A DNA stretch of 64,000 bases. Source: Candidatus Omnitrophota bacterium (GTDB taxonomy: Bacteria; Omnitrophota; Gorgyraeia; Gorgyraeales; Gorgyraeaceae). Under the pieces are notes generated by a model. It was not told where the DNA came from. It ran no database searches and worked only from the letters and a program-made list of their open reading frames with translations. The DNA lies in contig JAUSEX010000020.1 in the NCBI GenBank assembly GCA_030649895.1, forward strand, positions 23,109 through 87,108. The letters run 5' to 3'. Positions 1-9,335 of this stretch are shown here, piece after piece; position 1 is the stretch's first letter; every line of letters starts with the position of its first letter. A program made the translations under genes and the position numbers.

Positions 1-512
1 GCGGAATTATTTTTTTGTCATTATGCGCTCTTAAGAATTATTACGCGAACTATTTGCCAGGGGCATTTGAAAAGCATATAGGAGTGTGCATGAAGAAGGA
101 CCAAGAAGGTGCGGCAAACTATGTTGCGAAGAATTTTCAAAAGGGGGACATCATCTTTCATGCCTGCCTCAATACTGTCCCTTCATTTGAATATTATTTT
201 AGTAAAGCAGGCAAAAGCGATTTTTCAATCAGAAAAAATTTGCTATTAAAATTTTCTAAAAAAGATAATAATTTAATGCCTTTCGAGTACAATAGCGCGC
301 TCCATAAATTTATTGATCAATCCGAGTGCATCGATCTTGAAAATAAAGAAAGAATCTGGCTGATTTTTTCAGGATGGGATTTTGAAGAGGCTAAGCAGCC
401 GTATTCTCCTGAATCAAAAATGATTCGATGGATGAATGAACATTATGCCGAGAAGGATAATAAAGAATTTTCAGGCATTATCGTATATTTATATATAAAA
501 GCAGGTCTATAA
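1..512 (+). CDS. Hypothetical protein, 5'-truncated by the window edge. Its frame is open back to position 3; the ORF track starts it at TTG 15.
   Basis: Open frame from the window start with no upstream stop. No recognisable motif. Lies next to O-antigen-ligase and GT2 genes, so it may be envelope related. Confidence 0.35.
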   Translation, partial: GIIFLSLCALKNYYANYLPGAFEKHIGVCMKKDQEGAANYVAKNFQKGDIIFHACLNTVPSFEYYFSKAGKSDFSIRKNLLLKFSKKDNNLMPFEYNSALHKFIDQSECIDLENKERIWLIFSGWDFEEAKQPYSPESKMIRWMNEHYAEKDNKEFSGIIVYLYIKAGL

Positions 513-660
513 AAAAGTAAAACTTTTTTGAGCGCTATTCCAAAATCTTTTGGAATAGCGAAGCGAACCAGATCCTGAACGAAGTGAATTTCGCGTTAAC
601 TTGAATTGAGCGAGGAGGGGCACTCTTAATTAACCCCGAGCTTATCATAACTCAATTTTC

Positions 661-1863
661 TTAAAATGCCAGCCCCATCAATATCCACCAAAATAATCCT
701 GCTTCAGGGATAAAATAGGTATTGTCTATCAGATTGTGCAGCAGGAAAGCTATGATGGCCAGAAGTATAAATTTTTGCCCGTCTTTTTTTAACCCTTTCA
801 GAAACAGGCTGAATAGCAAAAAGGAAATCCCGGTAAATCCCAGGACCCCAGCTTCTGACCATATATGCAGGAATATATTGTGGGCGTACCTGGTGTTGGT
901 GCTCAGGCCTGTCTTGTATTTTAAAAATACTTCCTGAAAATTTCCAGGGCCTACCCCTAAGAAAGAATGATCTTTTATTATACCTATGGCGGCGCGCCAG
1001 TAATTCAGGCGCTGGGTTATGGAATTCTCGGGATTTTCCAGATTCATAAGGTATTCCCGTCGGTTTAATATGATAAAAAGTAGTATTAAAAATATGAGAA
1101 TAGAAGATATGGCGATTAGCCATCTTTGTTTTTCCAGGCGGTTATAAGAAACAGCGATTAACACGATTAGTGTTAATATAACGCTTAACCATGTACCCAT
1201 AGATTTTGTAAGCACCATGGCAGTGGCAATTAAAAAAGAAGAGATAAGCCATTTTTTATCAGATATCTTGTTTTTTACAGTCGCTAATGACAGGAAGAAC
1301 ATCATTATCAAATATCCGCCTAGAATATTCGGCGAAGGAAATGTGCCTATCGCCCGTTTTGAAAGCAGAATATCCCTGCTATAAGATGAAATTGATAAAA
1401 GATCCATGTTTGTCTTTTTTATATAGTTTAAGGTATGCTGATACCCCCAGAAATATTGATATATAGAATACAGGCTTATTATCGACGCGGTTACGACCAT
1501 GGTTTTTATAAGGATTATTTTTTGCCTGCCGTCTATTTGGGAGACTATAAAAAAGACAGAGATGTAACTCAGTAATTTCAGCGTTTCTTTGATGGAATTG
1601 TAAATATTTATGGATGTTACGGTTGAGATTACGTATGAAGCTAAAAGCAGTAAGATCGGAAATATAAGCGTATTAATTTTTAATTCGCGGAACCGTTGAG
1701 CGGAAAGAAGCAATACTGCGAGGGCGATTGATATTATAAAGCTTTCGTAATAGGTTTCGAATGCGGGGTATGCGAGCCCTGAGATAAAAGGCCTGAGAAA
1801 AATAACGGATAATAAAAGATAAAACACCGGGAACGATAAAAGTTTAGGATTTTCTTTTTCCAT
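661..1863 (-). CDS. O-antigen ligase / Wzy_C-family polytopic membrane protein
   Basis: 400-aa protein with about 10 hydrophobic helices. Has the O-antigen-ligase-like loop motif NIFLHIWSEAGVLGF. Diverges from a GT2 gene. Confidence 0.6.
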   Translation of the reverse strand: MEKENPKLLSFPVFYLLLSVIFLRPFISGLAYPAFETYYESFIISIALAVLLLSAQRFRELKINTLIFPILLLLASYVISTVTSINIYNSIKETLKLLSYISVFFIVSQIDGRQKIILIKTMVVTASIISLYSIYQYFWGYQHTLNYIKKTNMDLLSISSYSRDILLSKRAIGTFPSPNILGGYLIMMFFLSLATVKNKISDKKWLISSFLIATAMVLTKSMGTWLSVILTLIVLIAVSYNRLEKQRWLIAISSILIFLILLFIILNRREYLMNLENPENSITQRLNYWRAAIGIIKDHSFLGVGPGNFQEVFLKYKTGLSTNTRYAHNIFLHIWSEAGVLGFTGISFLLFSLFLKGLKKDGQKFILLAIIAFLLHNLIDNTYFIPEAGLFWWILMGLAF

Positions 1864-1877
1864 GATATAATAAAAAC

Positions 1878-2810
1878 ATGATATCAGTAATTATTGTAAA
1901 TTACAACAGGAAAGATCTGTTAAGGCAATGCCTTGACTCTTTAAGAAGCCAGAGTTTTAAGGATATAGAAATTATAGTGGTGGATAATGCGTCAAAAGAC
2001 GGCAGCCTGGATATGCTGAAGGATGTTTATCCCGAGGTTAAATTGATACAAAATACGGATAACCTGCTTTTTTGCAGGGCGCAGAATCAGGGGGTAGAGG
2101 CGTCAACCGGCGATTTTATATTATGTTTGAATAACGACGTTATTCTGGACAGGGATTATTTGAAAGAGATGGTGTTCAGCGCAGGGTTAGAAGACAGGAT
2201 AGGCATGATTAGCGGCAAGATTTTAAGAACCGGCGGAAAGGTAATAGATTCTACAGGTTTATTTTTAGGCAGGAATAGAAAGGCGGTTGAAAGAGGTTAT
2301 GGTGAGATTGATAATGGGCGGTACGATAAGCCGGAATTTGTTTTTGGCGTAAGCGGATCTTGCGCGTTTTTAAGAAAAGGCATGCTGTTGGATCTGAAAG
2401 ACGAAAATGGCTATTTCGACGAAAGATTTGGGATGTATTACGAGGATCTGGATTTATGCTGGAGGGCGCAGAAAAAAGCCTGGAAAGCGTATTATAATCC
2501 GAATGCATTAGCGTATCACATGAGGGGAGGCACTGCAGCCGGCAGCAATCGCAAAACCTGGCCAGTATTTCATTATATAGGCCGGGATTTGAAAAAAAGA
2601 TATATTGTCAATAGATACAGATGCATAAGGAAAAACGATTCATTTTTAGGCTTTTTAATAAACTTGCCGTTCATATTATTTTACGAAATAAAGATGTATG
2701 GTTATTTAGCTCTTTACTTGGCCTTTGGCTTTGCTCGAACAATATTCTTCGAGCGAGCGAAGCGAGCCGAGAAGAAGAAAAATTTACTTGACCGTAATCC
2801 TTATGCATAG
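1878..2810 (+). CDS. Family 2 glycosyltransferase
   Basis: N-terminal VIIVNYNRKDLLRQCLDSL...IIVVDNASKDGS followed by DxD-region NNDVIL, typical of GT-A/GT2. The C-terminal 25 aa and the stop codon are encoded by a REP-like repeat (2714-2775). Confidence 0.8.
   Translation: MISVIIVNYNRKDLLRQCLDSLRSQSFKDIEIIVVDNASKDGSLDMLKDVYPEVKLIQNTDNLLFCRAQNQGVEASTGDFILCLNNDVILDRDYLKEMVFSAGLEDRIGMISGKILRTGGKVIDSTGLFLGRNRKAVERGYGEIDNGRYDKPEFVFGVSGSCAFLRKGMLLDLKDENGYFDERFGMYYEDLDLCWRAQKKAWKAYYNPNALAYHMRGGTAAGSNRKTWPVFHYIGRDLKKRYIVNRYRCIRKNDSFLGFLINLPFILFYEIKMYGYLALYLAFGFARTIFFERAKRAEKKKNLLDRNPYA
2714..2775. repeat. REP-like nested-palindrome element, copy 1 (CTTGACTTGGCCTTTGGCTTTGCTCGAACAATATTCTTCGAGCGAGCGAAGCGAGCCGAG)
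   Basis: Inner stem GCTCGAA/TTCGAGC around CAATATTC. Shares more than 80% identity with copies at 26705, 40507 and 24931. Provides the C-terminus and stop of the GT2 gene. Confidence 0.7.
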
Positions 2811-2835
2811 TATAATTTGAAATCGGAGGTAAAAA

Positions 2836-3102
2836 GTGATAGTAAAGGAAAGAAAAAAAGAGGTAATAAAGAAGTTTGCCGAACACGAAAAAGACACTGG
2901 CTCCTGTAACGTGCAGATAGCCATACTTACGGAGAGGATCAACGGCCTTACAGACCATTTTAAGTCCCATAAAAAGGACTTTAATTCAAGGGTCGGGCTT
3001 TTACGTATGGTTGGCAAGAGAAAAAAGCTTCTAGATTATCTTAAAAAAGAAAACCCGGAAAAATATCGCGAACTCGCTGATAAGTTGAGTTTGAAAAAAT
3101 AA
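2836..3102 (+). CDS. rpsO: 30S ribosomal protein S15
   Basis: 88-aa protein with GTG start. Sequence DTGSCNVQIAILTERINGLTDHFKSHKKDFNSRVGLLRMVGKRKKLLDYL is canonical S15. Followed by pnp, the conserved rpsO-pnp pair. Confidence 0.92.
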   Translation: MIVKERKKEVIKKFAEHEKDTGSCNVQIAILTERINGLTDHFKSHKKDFNSRVGLLRMVGKRKKLLDYLKKENPEKYRELADKLSLKK

Positions 3103-3107
3103 TGGAA

Positions 3108-3176
3108 GGCGGATTTAACGACCTGTTATTTGTTTTTAGATTTCAGGAGTAAAGGTCTTTAATTCCGCTTTTTTCA
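3108..3176 (+). terminator. rpsO terminator / pnp leader hairpin: nested stem-loop ending in a TTTTTTC run
   Basis: GGCGGATTTAA at 3111 pairs with TTAATTCCGC at about 3160. An inner GACCT/AGGTC stem is present, then a T6 tract. Placement matches the rpsO-pnp attenuator/RNase III hairpin region known in other bacteria. Confidence 0.4.
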
Positions 3177-3299
3177 TGATATCTGCGCAGGCTACCCGTT
3201 TCGACGAAGGCGTTGAGGCGAGGCGAAAAATCCGCTACATCAAAGCATAAGGGAATAGCGAATTTTAGTCTGCGTCTAATACAATAAAAAAGGAGACAT

Positions 3300-5381
3300 A
3301 TGATTCATAGAGTCGAAAGAAAAATAGGCAAAGAGACAATTATTATAGAAACAGGAAAGATGGCAAAACAGGCAAATAGCGCCGTGTGCGTCCGGTATGG
3401 GGGCACAGTGGTCCTGGTTACGGCTGTTTGCTCAAATGAACGAAGAGAAGGCATTGATTTCTTTCCTCTCACAGTGGAATATCAGGAAAAAACATACGCA
3501 GCGGGCAGGATCCCCGGAGGATATTTTAAGCGCGAAGGAAAACCCACTGAAAAAGAGATCTTAACCTCAAGGCTTATAGACAGGCCCATAAGGCCTCTTT
3601 TTCCGAAAGGTTTTATTAATGATGTCCAGGTTGTCGCTATGGTTCTTTCAAGCGACGGGCAAAATGATTCCGACATACTTGCGATCATAGGCGCTTCCTG
3701 CGCTTTAGCTATTTCCGATATACCTTTTATGGGGCCTATGGGAGCGGTAAGGATTGGTTTAGTGGCCGGAGAATTTGTGATCAACCCTACTTTCAAAGAA
3801 CTGGAAGAAAGTTCATTAAACATGGTTTCGGCGGGGCTTAAGGACAGGATTATAATGTTAGAGGCAGGAGCGAATCAGGTGTCGGAAGAGAAGATGCTTG
3901 AGGCGATAGAACTAAGCCAGGAATTTATAAAACTAAGCATAGAGCTTCAGGAAGAGCTTCAGAAAAAATGCGGCAAAGAGAAGATAAAGCCGGAATTGAA
4001 GCTTGTGTCCGGAGAACTGCTCGAAAAAGTAAAAAAACTTTCCCTGGAAGAGCTTAAAAAAATAAATTTGCTGCCCGCTAAAGAGCAGAGAGAAGATGCG
4101 TTCAATGTTTTAGCCAAGCAGATTGTGGAGAAAATGACTAAGGATGATGAGAATCTTAGCGAGGCTGACATTAAGAATGCGTTGCATGAAGTGGAAAAGA
4201 CCGAAGTCAGGAAGCATATTCTGGACAAAAAGATAAGGATAGACGCCAGGAAATATGAAGAAATAAGGCCGATAACCTGTGAAGTCGGGATTCTACCCAG
4301 GACTCATGGTTCAGGGCTTTTTACAAGAGGCCAGACCCAGAGTTTATCGATAACTACGCTTGGCACCAGCCAGGATGAGCAGAGGCTGGATACTCTTGAG
4401 GGCGAGAAATTCAAGAATTTTATGCTGCATTATAATTTTCCTCCTTTTAGCGTTGGAGAGGCAAGGCCGATGAGGGGCCCTGGCAGGCGCGAGATCGGGC
4501 ATGGCGCGTTAGCGGAAAGGGCGCTCAGGGCAGTTATGCCTTTAAATGCGGAATTTCCTTATACCGTAAGAATTGTTTCAGAGATACTTGAATCAAACGG
4601 TTCAAGCAGCATGGCAACTGTCTGCGCCAGCACTCTTTCCCTGATGGACGCAGGCGTCCCTATAAAAAAACCTGTTTCAGGTATAGCCATGGGCCTGGTA
4701 AAAGAAGGAAATGACGCGGCTATATTAACCGATATTGCCGGGTTAGAGGATCATTACGGGGATATGGATTTTAAAGTGACGGGAACCGACGCAGGCGTGA
4801 CTGCTTTGCAGATGGATCTTAAGATAGACGGGATAGACATGGACCTGATAAGAAGAATAATGAAACAGGCAACCCCTGCGAGGGCGTTTATTTTAAACAA
4901 GATCCTTGAAACGATAAACGCTCCCAGGACGGAACTCTCAGGGTATGCGCCCAGGATAACTACGCTGATGATAGACAAGGAAAAGATAGGCGCTTTAATA
5001 GGGCCCGGAGGCAAGATAATAAAAAAGATAATACAGGATACCGGCGCTACGATAGAAGTGGATGACGAAGGAAAGGTTTCAGTCGCTTCTGATAATGAAG
5101 AGGCTTCCAAAAAGGCGATCGATATGATAAAAGGTATTACAAGCGAGCCTGAGGTCGGGACGATTTACGAAGCTACTGTAAAAAAGATAATGAACTTCGG
5201 GGCGTTCTGCGAGATACTGCCAGGCAAAGAAGGCCTGGTGCATGTTTCCGAGCTCTCGGACAAGTTTGTTAAAAACGCAGAAGACGTTGTCAAGATCGGA
5301 GATAAAGTAAGAGTCAAGCTTATTAAAATAGATGAAATGGGCAGATTGAACCTGAGCATAAAACAGGCGATGGCCAGTTAG
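3300..5381 (+). CDS. pnp: Polynucleotide phosphorylase
   Basis: 693-aa protein with two RNase PH domains, KH and a C-terminal S1 domain (GKEGLVHVSELSDKFVKNAEDVVKIGDKVRVKLIKIDEMGRLNLS). Conserved position after rpsO. Confidence 0.96.
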   Translation: MIHRVERKIGKETIIIETGKMAKQANSAVCVRYGGTVVLVTAVCSNERREGIDFFPLTVEYQEKTYAAGRIPGGYFKREGKPTEKEILTSRLIDRPIRPLFPKGFINDVQVVAMVLSSDGQNDSDILAIIGASCALAISDIPFMGPMGAVRIGLVAGEFVINPTFKELEESSLNMVSAGLKDRIIMLEAGANQVSEEKMLEAIELSQEFIKLSIELQEELQKKCGKEKIKPELKLVSGELLEKVKKLSLEELKKINLLPAKEQREDAFNVLAKQIVEKMTKDDENLSEADIKNALHEVEKTEVRKHILDKKIRIDARKYEEIRPITCEVGILPRTHGSGLFTRGQTQSLSITTLGTSQDEQRLDTLEGEKFKNFMLHYNFPPFSVGEARPMRGPGRREIGHGALAERALRAVMPLNAEFPYTVRIVSEILESNGSSSMATVCASTLSLMDAGVPIKKPVSGIAMGLVKEGNDAAILTDIAGLEDHYGDMDFKVTGTDAGVTALQMDLKIDGIDMDLIRRIMKQATPARAFILNKILETINAPRTELSGYAPRITTLMIDKEKIGALIGPGGKIIKKIIQDTGATIEVDDEGKVSVASDNEEASKKAIDMIKGITSEPEVGTIYEATVKKIMNFGAFCEILPGKEGLVHVSELSDKFVKNAEDVVKIGDKVRVKLIKIDEMGRLNLSIKQAMAS

Positions 5382-5398
5382 TGGTAAAAATATAAGAT

Positions 5399-6148
5399 AT
5401 GGGGTTATTGCAGGCGATAATTTCAGGGGTAGTGCAGGGCGTAGCTGAGTTTTTGCCGATTTCAAGCTCAGGCCATTTAGTTATTTTACATAAATTAATG
5501 GGCCTTAAAGAGCCTGAAATGCTTTTTGATATATTTTTGCACCTCGGAACCCTGGCGGCTGTATTTATAGTATTCGGCAGGGATATAGTAGAAAGTGTGA
5601 CTACTAAAAAAAGAATAGGTTTTTTGATTTTATTAAGCAGCGCCGTAACGTTTATTATCGCCCTTATTTTTATAAAAAATATAGAAGCGGCTTTCAGCAA
5701 TACTGGAACAGTCGGCGTTATGCTTGTAGTGACAGGCGTATGGCTTATAGCTGGCAATTTTATAAGGCTGGGGACGGAAGGCATGACGGTTTTTAAGGCC
5801 AGCCTGATTGGCCTTGCTCAGGGTATAGCGGCTTTACCAGGCATATCCAGGAGCGGCGCTACTATTTCTACGGGATTATTTTTAGGGCTTGACGGTCAGG
5901 CTGCAGCAAAATTCTCATTTCTATTATCCGTTCCTGCGATAATCGGCGCGTTTTTATTTAAAGTAAAAGAATCAGGGTTTGATCTTGCCGGCATAAATGT
6001 AAATTATTTTATCGGATTCTTTATATCTTGCATTGTAGGGGTTTTGTCATTAAAATTATTGTTAAAAGTTCTTTATAAGAACAAGTTTCACTGGTTCGGG
6101 GCGTATTGCATCTTGTTGGGGATAACAGCGTTATTGTTCATAAAATAA
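5399..6148 (+). CDS. uppP: Undecaprenyl-diphosphatase
   Basis: N-terminal GVVQGVAEFLPISSSGHLVIL and PGISRSGATISTGL are BacA/UppP signature motifs. 8 TM helices. Confidence 0.9.
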   Translation: MGLLQAIISGVVQGVAEFLPISSSGHLVILHKLMGLKEPEMLFDIFLHLGTLAAVFIVFGRDIVESVTTKKRIGFLILLSSAVTFIIALIFIKNIEAAFSNTGTVGVMLVVTGVWLIAGNFIRLGTEGMTVFKASLIGLAQGIAALPGISRSGATISTGLFLGLDGQAAAKFSFLLSVPAIIGAFLFKVKESGFDLAGINVNYFIGFFISCIVGVLSLKLLLKVLYKNKFHWFGAYCILLGITALLFIK

Positions 6149-6202
6149 TAATTTCTTACCCAATTTACACTTCGTAAGTGTAAATTCAGAGGCGACTATA
6201 CA

Positions 6203-8461
6203 TTGAGCAAGGATAGAAAAGATCTCATGGTTTCAATAGGTTTGTTTGTCCTGGCGCTGTTACTATTGGCCGGGATGATTTCCTACTCGTCTTACGATAT
6301 CGGTTTCGAGACATCCACCCCTAATATACATATCCGCAATTATATAGGAATAACAGGCGCATATACTGCGTGGGCTATATTCAAGCTGATAGGCTATGCC
6401 GGATTTTTTATCCCGTTTCTCTTTATTGTATGGGGCATAGGGATTCTGGCAGAGAGGCTGACCGGAAAACTATTATACAGAATCCTTGGAATTTTATTTT
6501 TATTTTCAGCCAGTTCTGCGTTTTTCAGCTTGACGGCAAGGCCTGATTCGGTTTTGATGGTTGCAAGAGGCGGGCTTTTAGGGTATGTATTAGCGGACAG
6601 GTTTTTGCTGGATTATCTTGGGGCTATAGGCGGGTACATAGTTACGGTAAGTTTAACAATACTGGCGCTTTTAGTAGCCACAGAATTTCTAATAGTGCCT
6701 GTAATCTCTATTTTATTAATGAAAACATGGGCTATAGCGGATAAGATAGGCAGGCAAAAAAGAGAAAAAGGCGTTACCGGTCATGCAAAAACTGAAAAAT
6801 TTGTCAGTGGCCCGAGATTGAGGCCTGCTGTGAAGGTGGAAAAAGCAGCTCAAGGCTCAAGGCTCAAGGCTCAAGGGGAAGAGATAGAAGACAAAAAAGA
6901 GACCAATTCTAAGGACAGGCCGAGGATAAATATAATGTCGAAGCCTGCGGCTAAACCTAAACCCGCGCCTGCAAAAGCAGTAAAGCTTGAGCCGAGAGTC
7001 GTAGGCGATTATAAGCTTCCAAGCCTTGATTTATTGGACTCTCCCGTATTTAAGCCGGGAAGTATTTTTGGAGAAAATCTGGAAGAAAGCGCGAGAATAC
7101 TTGAAGATACGTTAAGGGATTTTGGAATAGAGTCAAAGGTCATTGATATAAGCAAGGGACCTGTTATCACAAGGTATGAGTTGCAGCCCGCGCCTGGGGT
7201 GAAAGTGAACAGAATCACTAGCCTTAACGATGACATAGCCCTTACCATGAAGGCAACCACCGTGAGGATAGTGGCGCCTATACCCGGAAAATCATGCGTC
7301 GGCATAGAAGTGCCTAACGCGGATACCTCAATGGTTTTCTTGAGGGAAATATTGGAATCCAGCGAGTTTCAGAAGATGGCGGCTTCTTCAAAGCTTGCAA
7401 TGGCTTTAGGAAAAGATATCTCAGGTAAATCTGTCGTAACGGATCTTGGAGACATGCCTCATCTTTTAATAGCGGGCACTACCGGTTCAGGAAAAACTGT
7501 TTGCGTGAATTCCTTGATAATGAGCATGGTCTATAACGCTACGCCTGAAGAATTGAAATTTTTAATGGTTGACCCTAAGATGGTGGAACTTGCTATATAT
7601 AATGGACTGCCGCATTTATTGTGCCCTGTTGTTACTGACGCTAAAAAAGTCGCAGGCGCGCTTGGGTGGGTTGTAGGCGAAATGGAAGCAAGATATAAAA
7701 TGCTGGCCAAGATAGCCGCGAGGAACATAACTTCATTTAATCAAAAATCAGAAGAAAAGCTCCCTTACATAGTTGTCATAATAGACGAATTGGCGGACCT
7801 TATGATGGTTGCCCAGGAAGATATCGAGAACGCTATTACGAGACTAGCCCAACTTTCAAGGGCGGTTGGCATTCATATGATACTCGCTACGCAAAGGCCG
7901 TCAGTGGATGTGGTAACCGGCGTAATAAAGGCGAATTTTCCTGCAAGGATCTCGTTTAAGGTTGCCTCAAAGGTTGATTCCAGGACAGTTCTTGATATGA
8001 ACGGCGCAGATAAGCTGCTGGGAAAAGGCGATATGTTATTCTTGGAACCGGGAAGCCCCAAGCCTGTAAGGGCTCAAGGCACGTATCTTACGGACCCTGA
8101 GATAGAAAAGGTCGTAAATTTTATAAAAGCCCAGCAGGAACCGGTATATGACAATGAGATACTCGAGCACCAGAAAAAAAGCGTTTCAGGAAGAGGCGGT
8201 TTTGAAAAAGATGATTTTTTTGAAGAAGCAGTGCAGATGGTGCTTGAAACAGGCCAGGCGTCTGTTTCAATGCTTCAGAGAAGATTAAGGCTTGGCTATA
8301 CGAGGGCTGCCAGGATAGTGGACGCGATGGAAGAAGAAGGCATAATAGGCCCTTTCAGAGGCTCTAAGCCCAGAGAGATATTGATACAGGAATACCAGCC
8401 AAAAGAAGAAGAGGCTGTTGCTAAAAAAGAAGAAGAAAACCAGGAACAGATATCTAGCTAA
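6203..8461 (+). CDS. ftsK: DNA translocase FtsK. The start could instead be ATG 6227.
   Basis: N-terminal TM helices and a Pro/Lys/Ala-rich linker. FtsK/SpoIIIE ATPase with GTTGSGKTV Walker A, then a C-terminal gamma domain (QASVSMLQRRLRLGYTRAARIVDAMEEEGIIGP). Contains an in-frame GCTCAAG x4 heptamer repeat at 6848-6875. Confidence 0.92.
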   Translation: MSKDRKDLMVSIGLFVLALLLLAGMISYSSYDIGFETSTPNIHIRNYIGITGAYTAWAIFKLIGYAGFFIPFLFIVWGIGILAERLTGKLLYRILGILFLFSASSAFFSLTARPDSVLMVARGGLLGYVLADRFLLDYLGAIGGYIVTVSLTILALLVATEFLIVPVISILLMKTWAIADKIGRQKREKGVTGHAKTEKFVSGPRLRPAVKVEKAAQGSRLKAQGEEIEDKKETNSKDRPRINIMSKPAAKPKPAPAKAVKLEPRVVGDYKLPSLDLLDSPVFKPGSIFGENLEESARILEDTLRDFGIESKVIDISKGPVITRYELQPAPGVKVNRITSLNDDIALTMKATTVRIVAPIPGKSCVGIEVPNADTSMVFLREILESSEFQKMAASSKLAMALGKDISGKSVVTDLGDMPHLLIAGTTGSGKTVCVNSLIMSMVYNATPEELKFLMVDPKMVELAIYNGLPHLLCPVVTDAKKVAGALGWVVGEMEARYKMLAKIAARNITSFNQKSEEKLPYIVVIIDELADLMMVAQEDIENAITRLAQLSRAVGIHMILATQRPSVDVVTGVIKANFPARISFKVASKVDSRTVLDMNGADKLLGKGDMLFLEPGSPKPVRAQGTYLTDPEIEKVVNFIKAQQEPVYDNEILEHQKKSVSGRGGFEKDDFFEEAVQMVLETGQASVSMLQRRLRLGYTRAARIVDAMEEEGIIGPFRGSKPREILIQEYQPKEEEAVAKKEEENQEQISS
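6848..6875. repeat. Perfect heptanucleotide tandem repeat (GCTCAAG)x4 inside ftsK
   Basis: Read directly. Encodes AQGSRLKAQG in the FtsK linker. Confidence 0.9.
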
Positions 8462-8462
8462 C

Positions 8463-8515
8463 GCTGTTCGAGCGAATCCTTAGGCCTAGCTCAGGACAGG
8501 TTTCGACTTGCTCGA
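8463..8515. repeat. REP-like element, copy 2, diverged, immediately 3' of ftsK
   Basis: GTTCGAGCGAATCCTTAGGCC...GGACAGGTTTCGACTTGCTCGAA shares the TTCGAGCGA / TTGCTCGAA arms and the GGACAGG core. Confidence 0.5.
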
Positions 8516-8527
8516 AAAATATTAATT

Positions 8528-9319
8528 ATGCCAGAGTCCTTAGGTAAGATATTAAAAAGAGCGAGAGAATCAAAACACCTTTCCCTGGAAGATGTATCCG
8601 AAAGAAGCCGCATACCGAAGCATATTGTCTCAACCATAGAGGATGACCGGCTAGGTGAAATTAAGCCTGTTTTTTATGCAAAAAGTTTTGTAAAAACATA
8701 CGCTGTTTTTTTAGGCGCCCTGAATGAACCCGGCGTAAAAGAATATCTAAGTAGAAATACGCAAGAACCGCAAAAAAAGCAGGAGATAGTCTTAAAGCCC
8801 GCCCCTAAAACCCATGGTGAAAAAATAGATTTTTCCGGCATAGCTAAGTATAAAAATCAGATGATAGCCATAATTATAGGGATATTTGCATTATGGGTGC
8901 TGTCTTTAGCTATTGGCCAGGCTGTTAAATTTGTTAAAAACAGGCCTGTAAAAAAACATGAGAAAACAACCAAGGTTAAAAAAGAGGCTTCCAAGAAAAC
9001 AGAGAAAGAGAAACCAGGGGATGCAATCGCGGTAAAAGACGTAAAAAAAGATGCCTCCGGCGGGAAATCTAGTTTTGTGGAATTGGAGATTTTCGCTTCC
9101 GATAATACATGGCTCCAGGTGACAGGCGACGGAGAAATTGTGTTTACGGGGTTGTTTAAAAAAGGCGGTAAAGATATTTGGAAGGCGAAAAAAGAAATTA
9201 AACTGGAAGCGGGCAATTCAGGCGTTGTTAAAATAAATGTAAATGGAAAACCTGCGGATTTTTCTGGTAAAAAAGGCGAAAAAAAAGAAATTATAATTAC
9301 GAAAGATGGAATAAAGTAA
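8528..9319 (+). CDS. rodZ: RodZ-like cytoskeleton protein (HTH-XRE, one TM, C-terminal DUF4115-like domain)
   Basis: N-terminal XRE HTH (LGKILKRARESKHLSLEDVSERSRIPKHIVSTIE), one TM segment (MIAIIIGIFALWVLSLAIG), a Lys-rich linker and a beta-rich C-terminal domain. Confidence 0.65.
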   Translation: MPESLGKILKRARESKHLSLEDVSERSRIPKHIVSTIEDDRLGEIKPVFYAKSFVKTYAVFLGALNEPGVKEYLSRNTQEPQKKQEIVLKPAPKTHGEKIDFSGIAKYKNQMIAIIIGIFALWVLSLAIGQAVKFVKNRPVKKHEKTTKVKKEASKKTEKEKPGDAIAVKDVKKDASGGKSSFVELEIFASDNTWLQVTGDGEIVFTGLFKKGGKDIWKAKKEIKLEAGNSGVVKINVNGKPADFSGKKGEKKEIIITKDGIK

Positions 9320-9335
9320 TGCCCCTCCCGCCCTA

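Noticed and set aside
3482-5784. Multiple minus-strand ORFs of 64-153 aa antisense to pnp and uppP, and similar antisense ORFs throughout the window
   Set aside because: They are fully embedded antisense to strongly supported conserved genes, have low-complexity Ser/Leu/Phe-rich translations and no start context. They are typical shadow ORFs of AT-rich coding DNA.
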